Below, piece after piece: positions 60,392 through 64,000 of a stretch of 64,000 nt of DNA. Both the position numbers and the translations under genes were made by a program. Every line of letters starts with the position of its first letter. Positions within the stretch are counted from its first letter, which is position 1. The notes under the pieces are model-generated. The model made no database searches. It had not been told where the DNA came from and was given only the letters and a program-made list of their open reading frames with translations. This stretch comes from a plasmid: the sequence record NZ_CP028351.1; one strand, written 5' to 3'.

Positions 60392-60815
60392 GACTATTTG
60401 CCGCTTCACTGAAGGCACAATTACCTTGCCGGAAGGCTACTGCGAACGAACACTGAATACGCTGGCTGATACCCGATCTGTTCTGCCACCAATCACTATT
60501 TCCCGTGATAAGTTAGGCGACCATAACAACCCGGAAGAGTATATCCTTAGCCAGCTCGCTATCCTGCAAAAGCAGATGAAAGACTGGCAACAGGAAGCCC
60601 ATCAGCCAGTAGTTTTGGGGGACAACCTGACTACGGGAATCATGATCAGTTATGATTTCCTGCGACCAGATAATCTTCGTCTTTATCAGAAACAAGCTTT
60701 ATTCACGCTTAATATGGAAGACATATTGATTTTCTCTCTGTCGAAGGCGAGTCCTATTACCGCAGCAGATCTTCAGTTGTTCTCAGATACGCTAAAGAGT
60801 TTCCGTACCTGGTAA
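60384..60815 (+). CDS. DUF1795 (DcrB/EagR-like) family protein
   Basis: N-terminal pattern FTEGTITLPEGYxERTLNTLAD...ITISRDKLGD...EEYILSQLAILQKQM fits the DUF1795/DcrB-fold family. ATG 60384 overlaps the cvaB-like stop by 8 nt. Confidence 0.5.
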   Translation: MDKTICRFTEGTITLPEGYCERTLNTLADTRSVLPPITISRDKLGDHNNPEEYILSQLAILQKQMKDWQQEAHQPVVLGDNLTTGIMISYDFLRPDNLRLYQKQALFTLNMEDILIFSLSKASPITAADLQLFSDTLKSFRTW

Positions 60816-60890
60816 TCAGTCGTGTACAGATAAAAAAACCGGAAGGGAGTTAACTCTTCCGGTTTGCGTTTCACTAATCAGTTACTGCGT

Positions 60891-61388
60891 TTAGTAACGC
60901 TGGCAGGTGAAAAGATAGGAGAGCGGCCCGCCGACCAGATAAGTTTTTTTATCAATTTGCGTGATATCCAGTTGCAGATAACCAGGATCGAGTGTGATCT
61001 CTGCCAGGAGAAGATTAAACACAGCATCCGGTGTAGTGTCGTTAGTTGAAGTAATGGTCGTTCTTAATTTGTAGCGATAAGTGTCGCTATCGATTTTATT
61101 ACCGGCACTCAGTGCAATACGTCGATTAAGGATGGTCACCTTATCACCAAAAGTAACCTGCCCATTCATTAACAGATAGCCGAGCTTAGAATCAATAAAA
61201 CGTAAATCCTGAGAAACAACAAACTCAATCTTTTGATCATCATGACGGCTAAGATCGTAGCGGCTGAATGCTGAGCAGCGGAAAGGCAGGTCGTCAGGCC
61301 GGGGCTTCACGTAATTAATTCCCGCGAAGACCAGCAGCAGCATCACAGCCAGGGTTATCGTCAGCGTGAGGGTAGCGTTCCGTTTCAA
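60891..61388 (-). CDS. FidL/YqeJ-like small membrane-anchored protein
   Basis: 165 aa with an N-terminal TM anchor. It sits immediately downstream of, and overlaps, the ToxR-like regulator gene, as fidL/yqeJ do with marT/yqeI. Confidence 0.4.
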   Translation of the reverse strand: MKRNATLTLTITLAVMLLLVFAGINYVKPRPDDLPFRCSAFSRYDLSRHDDQKIEFVVSQDLRFIDSKLGYLLMNGQVTFGDKVTILNRRIALSAGNKIDSDTYRYKLRTTITSTNDTTPDAVFNLLLAEITLDPGYLQLDITQIDKKTYLVGGPLSYLFTCQRY

Positions 61389-62218
61389 AGCGGTCTCCAG
61401 TCAAGATAATAGAAGTTATCGCAGGAAACGATATGGCCACTGCTGTTTAGGTTACAGGCGGAAAGAATGGTCCTGCCATAATCTTTAGTTGTGAATGCCG
61501 TGTTTTTATCGAAATAGATGCGTCGTCCTGATAGACAGGATTGATTATTCTCTTTAAGGATTTCCAGAATCTGCTTATCCAGTGACTTTTGCTCAAAAAC
61601 ATCCAGCCCCTGAATAATGACCGCCTCGCAACCACCTTCCAGTTTGATGGTACTCATAGCAGAATTCTTTGCAGCGGGATCCCCTGAAGTGATGTACCTG
61701 AAAGCACCACCCAGCAACATCAGCATGATAAGGACGACTATGACCTGTCTTAAGTTGAAAAAAGATTTTTTAACAGGCTTGTTTGCGATAACTGGATCGG
61801 ATGATAGTGAGTAGCTATCCTGGCTGGAATCAACATTTTCCTCAGGCATTTCATCAGCCTGAAGCTTCCCCACAACCACAGCCGGGGAGTGTTTATGTTC
61901 AATTTTAATGTCAGTATTTAGTCGGATGCCGATTTTCGGAATGGTGATAATCAGATTTTCACAACCATAAGCCGCAAGCGCTCTGCGCAGAATACTCAGA
62001 TACTGGTTCAGATTACTGTTTGATCCACGCAGCCCATATTTATCCCAGACTTCGGTCAGCAGGGTTTCGCGCGCCAGTATTTCTCCCTGGGAATTCAGTA
62101 ACTGCTCAAACAGCCGGCCCGATGAAATACTCAGACTCAGCGTGTCCTGAGTAGGAATATGGCTCAGCGTACAATCATCTGAATTATAGGTAATCTGGTC
62201 ATCGATAATGTAAATCAT
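61385..62218 (-). CDS. ToxR/CadC-like membrane-anchored winged-helix regulator (MarT/YqeI-like)
   Basis: N-terminal OmpR/PhoB-type DNA-binding domain (ARETLLTEVWDKYGLRGSNSNLNQYLSILRRAL). A single TM helix (VIVVLIMLMLLGGAF) and a C-terminal periplasmic domain follow. Confidence 0.75.
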   Translation of the reverse strand: MIYIIDDQITYNSDDCTLSHIPTQDTLSLSISSGRLFEQLLNSQGEILARETLLTEVWDKYGLRGSNSNLNQYLSILRRALAAYGCENLIITIPKIGIRLNTDIKIEHKHSPAVVVGKLQADEMPEENVDSSQDSYSLSSDPVIANKPVKKSFFNLRQVIVVLIMLMLLGGAFRYITSGDPAAKNSAMSTIKLEGGCEAVIIQGLDVFEQKSLDKQILEILKENNQSCLSGRRIYFDKNTAFTTKDYGRTILSACNLNSSGHIVSCDNFYYLDWRPL

Positions 62219-62392
62219 TAAGAAATCACTGAATTTGCGCTCATTTCCGACAGTATAATTCAGCTGATCTCAAGAAGCACGAATGAGTCCTGAATCAATC
62301 AACGCATAGAGGTGACGTTTAACTGGCATTAAAATGCGACAGGCATGAAGATCTGCAGCCTGCCGCATCGTTCTCGTGATTAATTCCGGCTT

Positions 62393-63316
62393 TCAGGGCT
62401 GATTCTCTGCGGCAAACGCCGGGTAATTAGCCTGCGTGATAGTCTTATAGGGGATCCAGTTCAACGGGTCGACTTTCTGTTTATCCAGCAACGCCTTAAC
62501 GATCTTAACCGCTCCTGTCGCCTGCCCCTTAGCATCCTGGAAAATTGTCAGCGTCATCTTTCCATTTTTAACAAACTGCTGACCGTCGGGCGTACCATCA
62601 ATTCCGGCGACCAGAATGTGACTGTTTTTCGCCTGACTCAGCGCCATGATCGCGCCGATGGCCATTTCATCATTATTTGCAGCAATCGCATCAATGGGTC
62701 GCTGATTAAGCAGCCATCCCGACACCACGTCTACCGCTTCATTGCGCTGCCAGCGTGCGGTCTGTTTTTCAATCACCGCCATCTGCTTATATTTAGCGAT
62801 CACGGCTTCAACAGCGCGTGTCCGTTCACGCGCTTCTTCGTTCGATAATGCACCCATTAAAATAGCGACATTGCCACGGTAGTTCATCTGTTTTGCCAGC
62901 GCCTCCATCTGCATCTCACCTCCCAGAGCAGAGTCCGAACCGACATAGGCCATATTGACCGGCAGTTTCACTTCCGGCTTGCGGTTAACAAACACCAGCG
63001 GAATGCCTGCGGCTTCTGCCGCTTTCACCATCGGCAGTATGCCCTGGGTATCGACCGGATTAAGAATAATTGCATCCACGCCCTGATTGATAAAATCCTC
63101 AACCTGCTGAACCTGAAGCGCAACATCACCTTTGGCATCGACAAACTACCCCTCCATATTCAGCGCCTTTATCTCACCCACCATCTGAGTTCGCAGAATT
63201 GAGACGAAGTTAAGGTCGAAATTCGCCAGTGCAACCCCGATTTTTGGTGTTTTCGCCCAGGCAGTAACGCTAATCAGCAGGCTGAGCAGCAGTGCTAACA
63301 ACATTCTGGTTTTCAT
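62393..63316 (-). pseudogene. sugar ABC transporter substrate-binding protein (RbsB/YtfQ-like) interrupted by an in-frame amber codon
   Basis: The N-terminal part (signal peptide MKTRMLLALLLSLLISVTAWA...ALNMEG) and the C-terminal part (FVDAKGDVALQ...DAIILNPVD...) are in the same frame. A single TAG (~63146-63148) separates them. Confidence 0.6.
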
Positions 63317-63386
63317 CGTGTATTCCTGTAGGGTAATTTTTATTGAGTAAACCACCGGGCAACAGGCAAATACCCGGTGGAATCGC

Positions 63387-64000
63387 TTATAACGTAAAAT
63401 GATTGCGGAACTGCGCCAGCGCGGTTTCGCTGTCACCTGCGGCCCAACCCTCCAGCGCAATAACGCCGCTGTAGCCCATGTGATTCAGCGTACGGGCGAT
63501 GGCACGATAGTTAATTTCTCCGGTGCCCGGCTGCATCCGGCCCGGCACATCGGCTACCTGAATCTCCCCGATGGCGTCACCACAGCGGCGGATAAGCGCG
63601 ATCAGATTTCCCTCTCCAATCTGCGCATGATAGAGGTCAAGGTTCATCTTCAGAGCCGGGCTGCTGACCGCTTCGACCAGAGCCAGCGTATCGGCAGCTC
63701 GCGCAAATGGCGTACCCGGATGATCCACCGCCAGATTGAGGTTTTCGAGGGTAAAAACCCGACCGGCTTGTTCGCCCAGTGCAGCCACACGGCGCAGGGT
63801 GTCGGCCGCTTTAAGCCACATCTCGCCGGTCACCAACTCAATCGGACGAACCGCCTGGCCGCTGGCATCCAGTCCGGTGCCATGCAGATTCAGGCGCGGG
63901 CAGTTCAGACGTTCTGCAACCGCCAGTGAGGTTTCTGCGCTTTGCAGTAGCTGCGCAATCTCATCATCATCGGTCAGGTTCCCGCTGAGGTAGCCTGTCA
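63387..64000 (-). CDS. xylose-isomerase-like TIM-barrel sugar-phosphate isomerase/epimerase (Hyi-like), 5' partial
   Basis: The reading frame stays open to the window edge (…LTDDDEIAQLLQSAETSLAVAERLNCPRLNLHGTGLDASGQAVRPIELVTGEMW…). C-terminal block as in hydroxypyruvate isomerase-like proteins. Confidence 0.7.
   Translation of the reverse strand, partial: TGYLSGNLTDDDEIAQLLQSAETSLAVAERLNCPRLNLHGTGLDASGQAVRPIELVTGEMWLKAADTLRRVAALGEQAGRVFTLENLNLAVDHPGTPFARAADTLALVEAVSSPALKMNLDLYHAQIGEGNLIALIRRCGDAIGEIQVADVPGRMQPGTGEINYRAIARTLNHMGYSGVIALEGWAAGDSETALAQFRNHFTL

Overview
This 64-kb window looks like an Enterobacterales replicon, probably Pantoea/Erwinia-like. Most of it is GC-rich; one internal block (roughly 36.3–62.3 kb) is AT-rich and looks horizontally acquired. 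No rRNA, tRNA, CRISPR array or IS/transposase was found. Contents in order:
1. A Cre-like tyrosine recombinase with a loxP-like site (13-bp arms, 8-bp spacer) just upstream, at the left edge of the window.
2. An organosulfur-scavenging locus. It holds three SfnB/DszC-type paralogs, two NtaA/DszA-type flavin monooxygenases, SsuD, a MetNIQ-like ABC importer, an MFS transporter, an FAD/NAD(P)-binding protein and SsuA. Its regulator is an unusual sigma54 activator whose C-terminal half is an SsuA paralog. A glutathione-independent formaldehyde dehydrogenase follows.
3. A small accessory patch: a DUF4225 protein, a small membrane protein, a HAD-II dehalogenase-type hydrolase and a 509-aa Fic protein.
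4. A complete arnBCADTEF (Ara4N lipid A modification) operon, then YceI, a Gfo/Idh/MocA oxidoreductase and a LacI-family regulator.
5. The AT-rich island. It carries a PACE efflux protein, an Hha/YmoA homolog, a 1342-aa peptidase-S6 autotransporter with Pro-rich repeats, a DUF333 protein, a second autotransporter with a (DAT)8 9-bp tandem repeat, a BOF protein, two LuxR-type regulators and a Crp-like regulator. It also carries two tandem microcin precursors with MccV/MccL-type double-glycine leaders, a chaperone-usher fimbrial operon, a dedicated TolC/CvaA/CvaB-like exporter, a translationally coupled DUF1795 protein and a MarT/FidL-like pair.
6. A sugar ABC substrate-binding gene broken by an in-frame amber codon, and a partial sugar-phosphate isomerase gene at the right edge.
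The most novel candidate is the split microcin locus: GG-leader peptides, then a fimbrial operon, then a dedicated type I exporter with a DUF1795 chaperone-like gene. All coordinates were read from the sequence by hand and may be off by 1–2 nt.
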